DNA of 64,000 nucleotides from a bacterium (lineage in GTDB: Bacteria > Patescibacteriota > Dojkabacteria > JAKAPS01 > JAJZLI01), in NCBI GenBank assembly GCA_021816845.1, contig JAKAWT010000002.1:33017-97016 (forward strand), written 5' to 3'. The position numbers were made by a program, and so were the translations under genes. The notes beneath the pieces were generated by a model. It had not been told where the DNA came from and made no database searches. It was given only the letters and a program-made list of their open reading frames with translations. Positions 39,261-49,958 of this stretch are shown piece after piece (position 1 is the stretch's first letter; each line of letters starts with the position of its first letter).

Positions 39261-42098
39261 CTATATATATTTTTTTAAAAATTCTCCTGTATAACTATTT
39301 TTTTCTTTTAGTATATCTCTAATTAAACCTTCAAATATTAAACTTCCGCCATTTTCACCTCCGTCTTTTCCTAGATCTATTATCCAATCAGCCATTTTAA
39401 TAACATCCATATTGTGTTCTATAATGACTACAGAATTACCTTGATCTACAAGTCCATTTATAACTATGAGGAGTTTTTTTATATCATCAAAATGTAGTCC
39501 AGTTGTAGGTTCATCGAGAATATATAGTGTTTTACCAGTAGCTTTCCTTGATAGCTCAGTTGCCAATTTTATTCTTTGAGATTCTCCTCCAGAAAGTGTT
39601 GTTGCAGGCTGCCCCAATTTCATATAACCTAATCCAACACTATTGAGTGTTTCCAATTTTACTTTTATAGAATGTATATTATCAAAAAATGATATTCCTT
39701 CACTTATAGTCATATCTAATATTTCTGCTATATTTTTACCTTTATATGTTATTGATAATGCCTCTTTGTTGTATCTTTTACCTTTACATATATCACATGT
39801 AACATATACATCAGGGAGAAATTGCATCTCTATCTTTATAATGCCATCTCCTTTACAATTCTCACATCTTCCACCCTTAACATTAAAACTAAATCTTCCC
39901 GCTTTGTATCCTCTTATTTTGGATTCTTTGGTTTTTGAGAATATATCTCTTATAATTGTGAACATATTAGTGTATGTAGCAGGGTTTGATCTTGGTGTTC
40001 TGCCAATTGGAGATTGATCAATATCAATAACTTTGTTTATCTTCTCTATACCTGTAATATTTTCATGCTCACCTACTTCTTTTTTAGTATGATAGATTAC
40101 ATTAGATAAATATGGATATAAAATATCATTTATAAGAGTACTCTTTCCTGACCCAGATACTCCAGTCACTATTGTTAAAGCACCCAAAGGGATTTTTACT
40201 GTTATATTTTTTAGATTATGTTCTCTAGCTCCTTCAATTGTTATAAAATCTGATATAGCTCTACGTTTTTTAGGGGTTTCAATTTTTCTTGTACCATTCA
40301 AATATTCTCCAGTTATTGAATTTATATCGTTTTTAATCTCATCATAACTACCTTTGGATATCACTTCACCACCAACTATCCCAGCTCCTTTACCCATATC
40401 TATTATAAAATCAGCATTCTCCATTGTTTCCTTATCATGTTCAACTACGATTACACTATTACCTAAATCACGTAAATCTTTAAGAGTAGATATCAATTTT
40501 AAATTATCTTTTTGATGAAGACCAATTGAAGGCTCATCAAGTACATATAAGATTCCAGATAATCTTGATCCAATCTGAGATGCTAGTCTTATTCTTTGAG
40601 CTTCTCCACCTGCTAGTGTTCTTGATGAACGTGATAAGGATAGGTATCCTACTCCAACTGAAGAAAGAAATTTTATTCTTGCTTCTATTTCTTGAAAGAT
40701 CTGTTTGGATATGATTTTCTTATTTTTATCTAAGTTTTTTTTACTACTATCTAGCCATTGTAGAAAATTATCAATAGCTACCTGGCTTACTATATCTATA
40801 GATTTATTATTTATTCTTACATTTCTAGCATACTTGTTTAATCTAGAACCATTACAAAGATTACAAATTTTTTCTATCATATACTCTTCAATCTCTCTTT
40901 TTTTCTGATCAGATCCATTTTCATATTTATCTTTTAGATACTCTATAATTCCATGAAATTCTACATTATATTTTCTTCTACTTTTAAATTTTGGCTTATA
41001 TGATATCTCATATTTCGTATTTCCTGTACCATAAAATAATATATTTTTTTCTCTCTCTGTGTATTTAGAAAATACTGTTGTTAAGGGTATGTTTTCTGCT
41101 ATTGATACTTCTTCTAGTATTTTAATTATCCAAGAGTTTTCATAATTTGTTATTTCATGAGTCATGGGATATATTGCACCTTCCATTATAGTAAGGTTAG
41201 GGTTATATATGCTATTTAAATCTATAATATTTAGAGTCCCTAGTCCCCCACATTGCTCACATGCTCCATAAGGAGAGTTAAAAGAAAATAGATTTGGCTG
41301 AATTTCAGGAATTGCCAAACCACACTTTGGACAAGATAAGTTTTCAGAAAATAAAGTATCCTTATCCTCATCTATATTATTTATTATAACTTCACCTTCA
41401 GATAGATTTACTGCATTCTCAATAGATTCAAAAATTCTTGTTTTAGTTTCTTTACTATCACTATCATCACTTTTTATCACTACTCTATCTATAACAAGTT
41501 CTATGTTATGAATTTTATACCTTGATAATTCTATTTCTTCATCTAAGGAGATAAGTTTTCCATCAATTCTTGCTCTCTGATAACCTTTTTTAAAAAGTGA
41601 TAACAATAATTCTTTATATTCCCCCTTTTTATTTTTAATAATGGGAGCTAATATTAGAAGTTTTTTATCTTTAATTGTCCATACTGTGTTTACTATTTGC
41701 TCAATTGTTTGACTTTCAATCTTTACATTGCAGTCTGGGCAATAAGGTATACCTATTTTTGAATATAATAATCTTAGATAATCATATATCTCTGTTATGG
41801 TACCTACAGTAGATCTTGGATTTCTACTTGCAGTTTTTTGGTCTATTGAAATTGCAGGGGAAAGACCATCTATATATTCTACATCAGGCTTCTCCATTAC
41901 TCCCAGGAATTGTCTTGCATATGATGATAGAGATTCAACATATCTCCTTTGTCCTTCTGCATATATAGTATCAAATGCTAAAGATGACTTTCCTGATCCA
42001 GAAACTCCCGTAATAACAACAAGTTTTCCTTTAGGTATATCAACATCAACATTCTTTAAATTATGTTCTTTAGCACCTTTTATTATTATTTTATCCAT
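39261..42098 (-). CDS. uvrA: Excinuclease ABC subunit A
   Basis: Two ABC cassettes (GVSGSGKS twice), [11 protein letters not shown], zinc fingers, [12 protein letters not shown]. Confidence 0.98.
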   Translation of the reverse strand: MDKIIIKGAKEHNLKNVDVDIPKGKLVVITGVSGSGKSSLAFDTIYAEGQRRYVESLSSYARQFLGVMEKPDVEYIDGLSPAISIDQKTASRNPRSTVGTITEIYDYLRLLYSKIGIPYCPDCNVKIESQTIEQIVNTVWTIKDKKLLILAPIIKNKKGEYKELLLSLFKKGYQRARIDGKLISLDEEIELSRYKIHNIELVIDRVVIKSDDSDSKETKTRIFESIENAVNLSEGEVIINNIDEDKDTLFSENLSCPKCGLAIPEIQPNLFSFNSPYGACEQCGGLGTLNIIDLNSIYNPNLTIMEGAIYPMTHEITNYENSWIIKILEEVSIAENIPLTTVFSKYTEREKNILFYGTGNTKYEISYKPKFKSRRKYNVEFHGIIEYLKDKYENGSDQKKREIEEYMIEKICNLCNGSRLNKYARNVRINNKSIDIVSQVAIDNFLQWLDSSKKNLDKNKKIISKQIFQEIEARIKFLSSVGVGYLSLSRSSRTLAGGEAQRIRLASQIGSRLSGILYVLDEPSIGLHQKDNLKLISTLKDLRDLGNSVIVVEHDKETMENADFIIDMGKGAGIVGGEVISKGSYDEIKNDINSITGEYLNGTRKIETPKKRRAISDFITIEGAREHNLKNITVKIPLGALTIVTGVSGSGKSTLINDILYPYLSNVIYHTKKEVGEHENITGIEKINKVIDIDQSPIGRTPRSNPATYTNMFTIIRDIFSKTKESKIRGYKAGRFSFNVKGGRCENCKGDGIIKIEMQFLPDVYVTCDICKGKRYNKEALSITYKGKNIAEILDMTISEGISFFDNIHSIKVKLETLNSVGLGYMKLGQPATTLSGGESQRIKLATELSRKATGKTLYILDEPTTGLHFDDIKKLLIVINGLVDQGNSVVIIEHNMDVIKMADWIIDLGKDGGENGGSLIFEGLIRDILKEKNSYTGEFLKKYI

Positions 42099-42223
42099 AA
42101 ATGAGAATCAAATATTTTAGGCTACACAAATCTAGTAAATTCCAATCCACTGATTTGAGTCCCACCTATTCTATCACAAAGTACCATGTCTATTCCATTT
42201 TCATTACTATATCAGTCTGTATA

Positions 42224-43399
42224 TCAATTCATCCAATACATTTTAGACGTTGAATCTAAAGTACTTCCACGCGTAACGTGTTGTAAATCTGAAAAATTTA
42301 GATTATTTTTTTTATTATTTATGGTCACTCTTACTACAGCAATATCAAAAGAGTTATTAGTGAGGGTCATAAAAGCAAGATTATTCCCTGATGGAGACCA
42401 TGTAGGATGAGATTCTATCCCAACGTAAACAGTTTGTAAGGTTTTTTTATAAGTATTGAAACTTGAAGTTTCTGTATGTGTTAATATATTCTGTAGATTA
42501 AATTTCATAGTATATAAATTTGCATTATTATTACCCTTTCTTTCTAAAAATGCTAAATATTTACCATTGGGAGATAATCTTGGTTGCATGGCTTCTGATT
42601 TTAATGGGGTAACAGGATATGATTGGCCAGTTGCAAAATCATAAAGCATTATTTGTGAATCTGGCTGGGCAAGATTTGCAGTCCAATATATATAACTCGT
42701 ATATAGAATAAAATTAGGATTGGGCCATGTAACTCCCGCATCCCCTCCTGTATATGGATTAGGATTAACAAGATCAGTTTCTCCATAATAATTGGGGCCT
42801 AATGCTTGGTCTGAAGATAAGTAAGTTTGATTTGCAGATATCTGGAATATTCCCATTCCTGCTACATGTACACCTGTAAAAATCTTCTCCAAGTTTGTTA
42901 GATATGCTATATATTGACCATTTGGAGAATATGTTGGGGTAGCGGACCATAATTCATTATTAATGTTAGGATCTCTCCAATTTACTATCCTAGTAACATT
43001 TGTGCCATTGATATTCATTTGGTATAAATTTGAAAAATTAGTATGGAAGTGTACATAGGCAACTTTCTTGCCATTTTTAGAAATTGCTATATCTGATATA
43101 TCATTTGTATGAGTAATTTGTATTGCTTTCTTACCAGTAATATCCCATAAATTGTTATTCTTTACAAAATACAAATTCCCTTTTAGATTATATGAATTTG
43201 TTAAATTGACAGTTTTAGTATTATATGATTGAAGGGCTTTTGGATTTAGTATCGCTGATAATAAACTAAAGTATCTTATAACTAAATAAACAAAAATAGC
43301 TAGTACCAGAATTAGGATAATATACTTAATCTTAAATTTGTGTTTTTTATCTGTTGTATTTTGTCTATAATTTTTATAATCCATTGTCCTAGTTTCCAT
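42224..43399 (-). CDS. Membrane-anchored TolB/PD40-like beta-propeller protein
   Basis: N-terminal TM; repeats ISKNGKKVAY, PTYSPNGQYIAY, PRLSPNGKYLAF, PTWSPSGNNLAF. Confidence 0.85.
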   Translation of the reverse strand: METRTMDYKNYRQNTTDKKHKFKIKYIILILVLAIFVYLVIRYFSLLSAILNPKALQSYNTKTVNLTNSYNLKGNLYFVKNNNLWDITGKKAIQITHTNDISDIAISKNGKKVAYVHFHTNFSNLYQMNINGTNVTRIVNWRDPNINNELWSATPTYSPNGQYIAYLTNLEKIFTGVHVAGMGIFQISANQTYLSSDQALGPNYYGETDLVNPNPYTGGDAGVTWPNPNFILYTSYIYWTANLAQPDSQIMLYDFATGQSYPVTPLKSEAMQPRLSPNGKYLAFLERKGNNNANLYTMKFNLQNILTHTETSSFNTYKKTLQTVYVGIESHPTWSPSGNNLAFMTLTNNSFDIAVVRVTINNKKNNLNFSDLQHVTRGSTLDSTSKMYWMN

Positions 43400-44480
43400 A
43401 TAGCTTTGAGAATAAATTATTAATTGCTGGCCAATTAGGTTCTACTATATCCTGTGTAATATACTGACCTAGTGTTGGGTCGTAGTTTGTAGTTGTAGAT
43501 AAAGACGAATACTTAGGAGGTGATAATATTATAGACTGTATTGGTGTTGATCCCATACCTTTAGCCATAGTAGCTAGAGAAATTATATTAGGGATGGACA
43601 TGTCAGTCCTTACATATTGAGTAAGTGAGTTAAATAATGATGGAATTGCAGAGATTGTTTCTGTAGTTTCTAGTTTCTTTTTTAATATAGTTAAAATTTG
43701 CTGTTGTCTTTTTGCTCTACCAAAATCTCCTTGTAAATCACCGTGTCTTGATCTTACATATTCTAGTGTTCTGAAGCCATCCATGTATTGAGGAGCTGGA
43801 GAGATATATAGATTTATTAAGTTATTTATTAATTGTGGATTTCCAGTTAAATCATTAGGGTAAGCCCAATCCATTACTGGATGCGTAGGTGTTACGTATA
43901 CACCTCCAAATTTATTTATAACATTTATAAAACCATTTAATCCAATCCATGCATAATAATCTATCCTTATCCCAAAATATTGTTCAACCACTTGTCTTGT
44001 TAATTGTATACCTCCGATTTCAGATACAGTATCAAATTTAGAGTATCCCCCATTTAGTGTATATCCTGGTATTTTTATCCAAAAATCTCTGGGTATAGAT
44101 ATTAAATAAATCTTTTTTTGGGATGGATTGATGCTTGCTATCATCATAGTTTGGGTAAGTAAATGCTGTGGGTTGAATTTAGCATCTGAGTCAGAACCTA
44201 ATATTAAAATATTAGTAAATGTGTTGCTTTTATCATATTTATATTTTAGTGTTTGTTCCACTTTAGTCTGTTTTATAGTATTCCCTGTTATTTGAAACAA
44301 ATCAGATATTACTTGTACATATCCAGATTTTAAAAGTAGAAGAAAAATTATTAGTATGAATATAACAAAAATAGATAAACAACCTAGCCACCTTCTTTTT
44401 TTCCTTCTTGGAGATTTCATTATTGATGATTGTACATCTTGATGTTGACCATGTTGTAAATTGTCAAAGTCTATTACCAT
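43389..44480 (-). CDS. LytR-CpsA-Psr (LCP) family protein with atypical active-site motifs
   Basis: TM; NILILGSD, SIPRD, IDYY, GGV, YVRSR, DFGRAKRQQ. The canonical R(S/T)D motif appears as LTQ. Confidence 0.9.
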   Translation of the reverse strand: MVIDFDNLQHGQHQDVQSSIMKSPRRKKRRWLGCLSIFVIFILIIFLLLLKSGYVQVISDLFQITGNTIKQTKVEQTLKYKYDKSNTFTNILILGSDSDAKFNPQHLLTQTMMIASINPSQKKIYLISIPRDFWIKIPGYTLNGGYSKFDTVSEIGGIQLTRQVVEQYFGIRIDYYAWIGLNGFINVINKFGGVYVTPTHPVMDWAYPNDLTGNPQLINNLINLYISPAPQYMDGFRTLEYVRSRHGDLQGDFGRAKRQQQILTILKKKLETTETISAIPSLFNSLTQYVRTDMSIPNIISLATMAKGMGSTPIQSIILSPPKYSSLSTTTNYDPTLGQYITQDIVEPNWPAINNLFSKLYGN

Positions 44481-44492
44481 GATAATTAAGTC

Positions 44493-46526
44493 TTAAGTCA
44501 GTTTGATTTCTCTAATCTTATCTCTTATTGATGCTGCTTTCTCAAATTCCATGTTATCAGAATATTCTTTCATCTGTTTTTTGAGTTTTGCTATTATATC
44601 TTTTGTGTCTAGATAATTCGAATCTAAATTCTTTGTATCAGAAATTTCTTCTAAATTCAAATCTTTTGCTTTATTATAATTGGATCTTTCAAGTTGTACA
44701 TCTATATTTTTTGTTATACCAAGTGGCTTAAATCCATATTCTTTATTATAACGTAGCTGAATATTTCTTCTTCTGGTAGTTTCTTTTATTGCTTCTGTCA
44801 TAGATTCAGTCATTATATCTGCATACATTATTACATTCCCACTAACATGTCTTGCTACCCTTCCCATCGTCTGAATAAGACTTTGTTTTGATCTTAAAAA
44901 TCCTTCTTTATCAGCATCAAGTATAATCATTAACGATACTTCAGGAAGATCCAATCCTTCCCTTAAAAGATTGATTCCTACCAGTACATCATAAGTTCCC
45001 AATCTTAGGTCTCTTAATATCTCTGTCCTTTCAATTGTATGTATCTCACTGTGAAGATACTGTGTTTTTAGATTATGGTCTTTAAAGTATGTTGATAATT
45101 CTTCAGCCATTTTTTTCGTTAGGGTTATAACAATAGTTCTCTCTTTCTTTTTTATTCTTTTATCTATTTCTTTTTTTATATCATCAATCTGATTCTTCGT
45201 TGGTCGTACCTCTATTGTTGGGTCTACTAATTTTGTTGGCCTTATTATTTGTTCCACAATGCCATTTTTGGGATAGTTTTTTAGATTTTTAGTACTTATA
45301 TTAGATATGTTTATCTCAAAATCATTTGGTGTAGCTGATACATATATTACCTGATTAACTTTTTTCTCAAATTCATCAAACCTTAAAGGTCTGTTATCTA
45401 TTGCTGAAGGTAACCTAAAACCGTAATCTACTAATGTTTTTTTTCTAGCATAATCTCCTTTATACATACCTCTTATTTGTGGTATTGTCATATGACTTTC
45501 ATCTATTATCAATAAATAATCTTTTGGAAAAAAATCTAGGAGTGTGTATGGGGCTGACCCTTGAGCTCTACCTTCTAAATGTCTAGAATAATTTTCAATT
45601 CCTTGGCAATAACCCATTTCTTCTATCATTTCAAGATCAAATTTTACCCTCTGTTCCAATCTTTGGGCTTCTACTAATTGATTATTCTTTTTAAAGTGAT
45701 CAACCCTATCTTTCATTTCTTTTCTTATATTGACAATAGCTTTTTTGATTTTTTCATCTTTGACAAGATAATGTTTGGCTGGATAAATATAAATTTCACT
45801 ATAGTTTTCAATTATAGATCTAGTTAAGGGATCAACAAGTGTGATTGATTCAATTTCGTCGTCAAACATCTCAATCCTTATTATGTTCTCTTCATATGGT
45901 GGAAAAATTTCAATTATATCTCCCTTTACTCTAAAGGTACCTCTCTGGTATTCTATATCATTTCTTGAATATTGAATATTATTTAGAAGAGTAAAAAGCT
46001 CATGCCTTTTTATTTTATCATTCCTTGTGATTAACACTTTTAGCTCATTGTATTCATCTGGAGAACCTAATCCATAAATACATGATACAGACGATACTAT
46101 TATTACATCATTCCTAGATTGTAAAAACTGAGTAGCTTTATTTCTATATTTTTCAATCTCCTCATTTACTCTAGTTTCTTTTTCAATATATATATCTTTT
46201 GTTGGGATATAAGCCTCTGGTTGATAATAATCATAATACGATACAAAATAAGCAACTGCATTATTAGGAAAGTAATTTTTAAATTCTGAAGCTAGTTGTG
46301 CGGCTAGGGTCTTGTTGTGTGCGATTACAAGTGTTGGTTTACCTATGTTTGCTATTACATTAGACATTACAAACGTTTTTCCAGATCCTGTTACACCCAT
46401 TAAAGTTTGATGTTTAGCTCCTTCTTTTAAGCCTAGGGTTAAAGTCTCTATTGCTTGGGGCTGATCCCCTTCAGGTTTATATTTAGATATAAGATTGAAA
46501 TTGTCACCTGATTTTATTGATCCCAT
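44493..46526 (-). CDS. uvrB: Excinuclease ABC subunit B
   Basis: GDQPQAI, GVTGSGKT, YFVSYYDYYQPEAY, DESH, GINLLREGLD, FEKAASIRD. Confidence 0.98.
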   Translation of the reverse strand: MGSIKSGDNFNLISKYKPEGDQPQAIETLTLGLKEGAKHQTLMGVTGSGKTFVMSNVIANIGKPTLVIAHNKTLAAQLASEFKNYFPNNAVAYFVSYYDYYQPEAYIPTKDIYIEKETRVNEEIEKYRNKATQFLQSRNDVIIVSSVSCIYGLGSPDEYNELKVLITRNDKIKRHELFTLLNNIQYSRNDIEYQRGTFRVKGDIIEIFPPYEENIIRIEMFDDEIESITLVDPLTRSIIENYSEIYIYPAKHYLVKDEKIKKAIVNIRKEMKDRVDHFKKNNQLVEAQRLEQRVKFDLEMIEEMGYCQGIENYSRHLEGRAQGSAPYTLLDFFPKDYLLIIDESHMTIPQIRGMYKGDYARKKTLVDYGFRLPSAIDNRPLRFDEFEKKVNQVIYVSATPNDFEINISNISTKNLKNYPKNGIVEQIIRPTKLVDPTIEVRPTKNQIDDIKKEIDKRIKKKERTIVITLTKKMAEELSTYFKDHNLKTQYLHSEIHTIERTEILRDLRLGTYDVLVGINLLREGLDLPEVSLMIILDADKEGFLRSKQSLIQTMGRVARHVSGNVIMYADIMTESMTEAIKETTRRRNIQLRYNKEYGFKPLGITKNIDVQLERSNYNKAKDLNLEEISDTKNLDSNYLDTKDIIAKLKKQMKEYSDNMEFEKAASIRDKIREIKLT

Positions 46527-46532
46527 TTGTCT

Positions 46533-46541
46533 ATTTTATCA
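46533..46541 (-). promoter_or_regulatory. Extended -10 (TGaTAAAAT) 6 nt before the uvrB ATG; leaderless-type
   Basis: Direct reading of the minus strand. Confidence 0.55.
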
Positions 46542-46620
46542 TAGTTACTAAATTTTACATTAAATAAATATATTTTATATAACTTTAAATAATATTTATA
46601 TCTATATGTATTGTACAAAT

Positions 46621-46649
46621 TTGACATATTCTTAATATTTATATATCAT
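46621..46649 (+). promoter_or_regulatory. Sigma70-type promoter TTGACA-17nt-TATCAT
   Basis: Perfect -35, canonical spacing, upstream of ORF 46674. Confidence 0.65.
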
Positions 46650-46673
46650 TGTGTCATATTATAAAAGAATGTA

Positions 46674-47732
46674 ATGGCAAAATTCGCAAAAGATAAAACA
46701 GGCACAGACAATGTTGAAGACGTAGTAGAGGTAAAGGTTCAAGAAAAGAAATCTTTAGCTAATAGGCTATATTCCAAGTCAGCATTTTCTAATAAGGAAC
46801 AAAGACCTAAAGTTATTATATCTACTATTGTATTATTACTTTTTGTTATAGTGGTAGCTTTATTTTTTGTTATGTATAATTTTGGTACATATATACCAGG
46901 AGTTTCTACTGTTGTAGATAAAGTTCCTATATTATCTAATCTTGATAGATCAGCACAGAATATATTACCTAAAACTGCTACATCAGAACAAAATGTTACT
47001 GGATATCATTTTAATGTTGATTTTGCACTTAATTCTCAAGGTTCATCTACAACTAGTGGTAATATTGCACAATCGTTCTCTGGTAATGTAGATTTTTCAA
47101 ATCCTAAGAATATACAACTTCAGTCTTTGCTTTCAGAAAAAATATCTAGTTCTAAGTCCGCTTTTAATATTGATGGAAAAGTAATACAGACAAATAATAA
47201 AATGTATTTAAACTTTTCTAAATTTCCTTCTGTATTGAATACAGGAATAAAATTAAATCAATGGGTTACATTACCAAAACCACAGTTTAATTTTTTGGAA
47301 GATTTAACAAATGAATCAAATATGCCTAACATTAATACTCTCCAAGTTGCAATGAAGGGAAATGAAATACTTAATGGTACATCTGTTACCAAATATGAGG
47401 TTACTTATCCTAAAGCTGATTTTTCTTCTATAAATCTTTCTAAGGCACTAGAATCATTGTCAGGAATGTCTAATATGCAAAGTATTATATCATCAAAGAC
47501 TATAACAGTTGATGAATGGGTTGGGGTTGCAGACAATAAAATATACCAAGAATCTGTTAAATTTTCAGTTGCAGGCCAGACTCCTACAACACTGTATTTT
47601 GGTATATCAATGAGTAGTTTTAACTCACCATTTAGTATTACTGCTCCATCTAAGACTACAACAGTTTCAGGTAGTAAATCTACTTCGTCATCTGGATCTT
47701 CTGGATCTGGATCCACATCAAGTAAAAAATGA
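46674..47732 (+). CDS. Membrane-anchored exported protein, LppX/LolA-like beta-sheet fold suspected
   Basis: Single TM at about aa 47-68; MYLNF...NQWVTL, GNEILNGTSVTKYEV, EWVG, FNSPFSITAP pattern; Ser/Gly tail. Confidence 0.65.
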   Translation: MAKFAKDKTGTDNVEDVVEVKVQEKKSLANRLYSKSAFSNKEQRPKVIISTIVLLLFVIVVALFFVMYNFGTYIPGVSTVVDKVPILSNLDRSAQNILPKTATSEQNVTGYHFNVDFALNSQGSSTTSGNIAQSFSGNVDFSNPKNIQLQSLLSEKISSSKSAFNIDGKVIQTNNKMYLNFSKFPSVLNTGIKLNQWVTLPKPQFNFLEDLTNESNMPNINTLQVAMKGNEILNGTSVTKYEVTYPKADFSSINLSKALESLSGMSNMQSIISSKTITVDEWVGVADNKIYQESVKFSVAGQTPTTLYFGISMSSFNSPFSITAPSKTTTVSGSKSTSSSGSSGSGSTSSKK

Positions 47733-48250
47733 ACAAAAAATATATAATTAGTGTACTTGTTTTTATATATATTGTAATTACAGGAGTATTGATTTATTTT
47801 ATTTTGTATCAGAAATCCCATCCAGTATATGTATACAATGTTGAAAAACCATTAACGAATAATAATAACATATATAGAATATCCCTGGATGAGCAAATTA
47901 TGCAAAATCTCAATACAATACGAAGTGCTTTTTTATCTACCCCTGGATATAACAAACTAAATGTATCAAGAGTATCTTTATTCAAACAGACATCTATTAA
48001 TGGTGTAAGTGGTAGTGTACCTTCATGTTATCCTGTATATTCCAATGCAAGTGATAGATGTACTTCTCTATCTAGTATATATCCACAGATACAAAAACAT
48101 TTGTCAAATGTAAGTATAGATTTCTCCTCTCCTCATAATATAAGTAATTATTATGTAGTTCTATATAACAATCATTATTATTTTTTGGATATTAACTATA
48201 GACATACAATACAAAACAATGGATTCCCTGTAATATATATTGAAAGTTGA
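47729..48250 (+). CDS. Hypothetical N-terminally anchored exported protein
   Basis: ATGA overlap with the upstream gene; hydrophobic N-terminus; two Cys. Confidence 0.75.
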   Translation: MNKKYIISVLVFIYIVITGVLIYFILYQKSHPVYVYNVEKPLTNNNNIYRISLDEQIMQNLNTIRSAFLSTPGYNKLNVSRVSLFKQTSINGVSGSVPSCYPVYSNASDRCTSLSSIYPQIQKHLSNVSIDFSSPHNISNYYVVLYNNHYYFLDINYRHTIQNNGFPVIYIES

Positions 48251-48322
48251 TTTTTAAGCTTCAATTATGCAATAATTCTCTTGTCATTAGAATAGAATCT
48301 AAATGTAATAACCTATATCTAA

Positions 48323-48396
48323 GGTTGCGTGGTGTAGTGGTCTAACATGTCTCCCTGTCACGGAGAAGATCGACGGTTCGAATCCGTTCGCAACCG
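48323..48396 (+). tRNA. tRNA-Asp(GTC)
   Basis: GGTTGCG...CGCAACC-G; anticodon arm TCTCC-CTGTCAC-GGAGA; TTCGAAT. Confidence 0.95.
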
Positions 48397-48466
48397 TTTT
48401 TCAATGTAGGTAGATAAATCAATTTTAATCCTTTCATTGTTTATTACATTTTTATATAATAAAACA

Positions 48467-48997
48467 ATGGGTGATAAAATTTTAAAAAATTCATATACTA
48501 TATCCTTTATTATAGAATTTGCAATTTTCCTCGCTATTGGTATTTTTTTTATTGTAGTTATAATCAATACAGTTTTCCCTTATGTGAATAAAATTCATTT
48601 CTATCACACCCAATCATCAGTTTCCCTAAATTCTACTATAAATACTATTACTCCGAAACAAGAAAAAGTTAATAAAAATATTGAAGAATCTTTTGTTCAA
48701 AAATTTTATACTATCTTATCAACTTCTACTGGTTTAAACGATAATATAGGATCATATCTTACTTCATCATTTCAGGATACCATGATAGCTCAATATCAAA
48801 ATTCTAATTATACTAAGGATATAGAACAGAATCTCGGAATCTCAGGATTTCCTCCTAATATACATTTTTATCAGAGTTTTGCAGGATATTTTGTTGTGTA
48901 TGGCAATTATAACGGATCGATAGAATATCTTAATATATATGTACAGAAGATTAATGGAAAATACTTTGTGAATAATATTACCCTTTCTTCTGGTTAA
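48467..48997 (+). CDS. Hypothetical membrane-anchored exported protein (start probably ATG 48467)
   Basis: One TM followed by an N/S/T/Y-rich domain; TATAAT (48455-48460) 6 nt before ATG 48467. Confidence 0.75.
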   Translation: MGDKILKNSYTISFIIEFAIFLAIGIFFIVVIINTVFPYVNKIHFYHTQSSVSLNSTINTITPKQEKVNKNIEESFVQKFYTILSTSTGLNDNIGSYLTSSFQDTMIAQYQNSNYTKDIEQNLGISGFPPNIHFYQSFAGYFVVYGNYNGSIEYLNIYVQKINGKYFVNNITLSSG

Positions 48998-49506
48998 ATA
49001 CCATGTATTTTTTTTATTGATTTTTTTCTATAAAATCCTTTATATGTGTTGTTCTTGTCTTTTGAATCAGTATTAAAGTACACACTTTGGGCTATTCTTG
49101 CTCGCTTCTTAATTCTAATCCCATTTTTATTTAAAACTTCAAGTATTGTTGTTATATAACCTTGATACCCTGGATCTATTAGTCCAGCTATGATTACTGC
49201 TCCACATCTATTTAAAGACGTACGAGACACTATATATCCTGCTATATTATATGGTATGTTTAGTTTTTCCTTAAATTCAACCATATAACTACCTTGCTTT
49301 AGGATATACCAATCTTTGCTAACCTTTATTTCAGATATTTTTGGTAATATTCTATCAACATTGTCAAAATCCACAGAGCCAATACTCTCCCACTCATATA
49401 TTTTTTCTACAGTCAAATCAAAGCCAGCTTGTTGCATTTGTACATCATAATTAATATAGTTTGATATCAATTTATTAGATTTAATTGTATCTTTTGATAA
49501 TAACAT
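48994..49506 (-). CDS. dUTPase/dCTP deaminase family protein (archaeal-like dUTPase suspected)
   Basis: QQAGFDLTV, SRTSLNRCG, IDPGYQG, RARIAQ. Confidence 0.85.
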   Translation of the reverse strand: MLLSKDTIKSNKLISNYINYDVQMQQAGFDLTVEKIYEWESIGSVDFDNVDRILPKISEIKVSKDWYILKQGSYMVEFKEKLNIPYNIAGYIVSRTSLNRCGAVIIAGLIDPGYQGYITTILEVLNKNGIRIKKRARIAQSVYFNTDSKDKNNTYKGFYRKKSIKKIHGI

Positions 49507-49530
49507 TTGTATATTTATATTAATTTTCAG

Positions 49531-49857
49531 CTAATTTAGATTCTCAGGATTTATATTCTTCCATGATACATATCCACCCTTTAGATTATATATTTTATTA
49601 GAATCTATAATCTTTTTATCTATGATTGTTTTAATCAATGCAAATGATCTTCTTCCTGTATGACAATGTATTACAATATCTTTTTCTTGATGATTATCTA
49701 TGAAATTTTCTAATTTTACTATATCTATTGTTGATAAAGGTAAGTGATGATTTTCTGGTATTGTTCCATCTTTTAGTCTTTCATATTGTTCTCTAATATC
49801 TAAAACAACATAATTATCTCTATTGTTTATAAGTTCGTATACAGTTATTTCCTTCAT
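49531..49857 (-). CDS. Single-domain rhodanese-like sulfurtransferase (start corrected to 49857)
   Basis: LDIRE..E...GTIP, active-site CHTGRRS, NLKGGYVSW. The track's longer start overlaps tRNA-Gly; TATAAT lies 7 nt before ATG 49857. Confidence 0.9.
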   Translation of the reverse strand: MKEITVYELINNRDNYVVLDIREQYERLKDGTIPENHHLPLSTIDIVKLENFIDNHQEKDIVIHCHTGRRSFALIKTIIDKKIIDSNKIYNLKGGYVSWKNINPENLN

Positions 49858-49880
49858 ATTATTAATTATATAAATATTAT

Positions 49881-49952
49881 AGTGAGAGACGGGATTCGGA
49901 CCCGCGATCTCTTCCTTGGGAAGGAAGCATTCTACCACTGAACTACTCTCAC
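49881..49952 (-). tRNA. tRNA-Gly(CCC)
   Basis: GTGAGAG...CTCTCAC-T; anticodon arm CTTCC-TTCCCAA-GGAAG; T-loop TCCGAAT. Confidence 0.9.
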
Positions 49953-49958
49953 ATTATT

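Noticed and set aside
42099-42223. SOS/LexA box or ncRNA upstream of uvrA (and uvrB, mutS)
   Set aside because: No recognisable palindrome shared among these upstream regions and no convincing secondary structure.
47670-47725. Short tandem TCTGGA-type repeats
   Set aside because: They encode the Ser/Gly low-complexity tail; not a CRISPR array or regulatory repeat.
48358-48567. 69-aa minus-strand ORF
   Set aside because: Antisense to tRNA-Asp and ORF 48467; spurious.
49858-49938. N-terminal extension of the rhodanese ORF in the track
   Set aside because: It reads through tRNA-Gly; the domain and a -10 element indicate a start at 49857.
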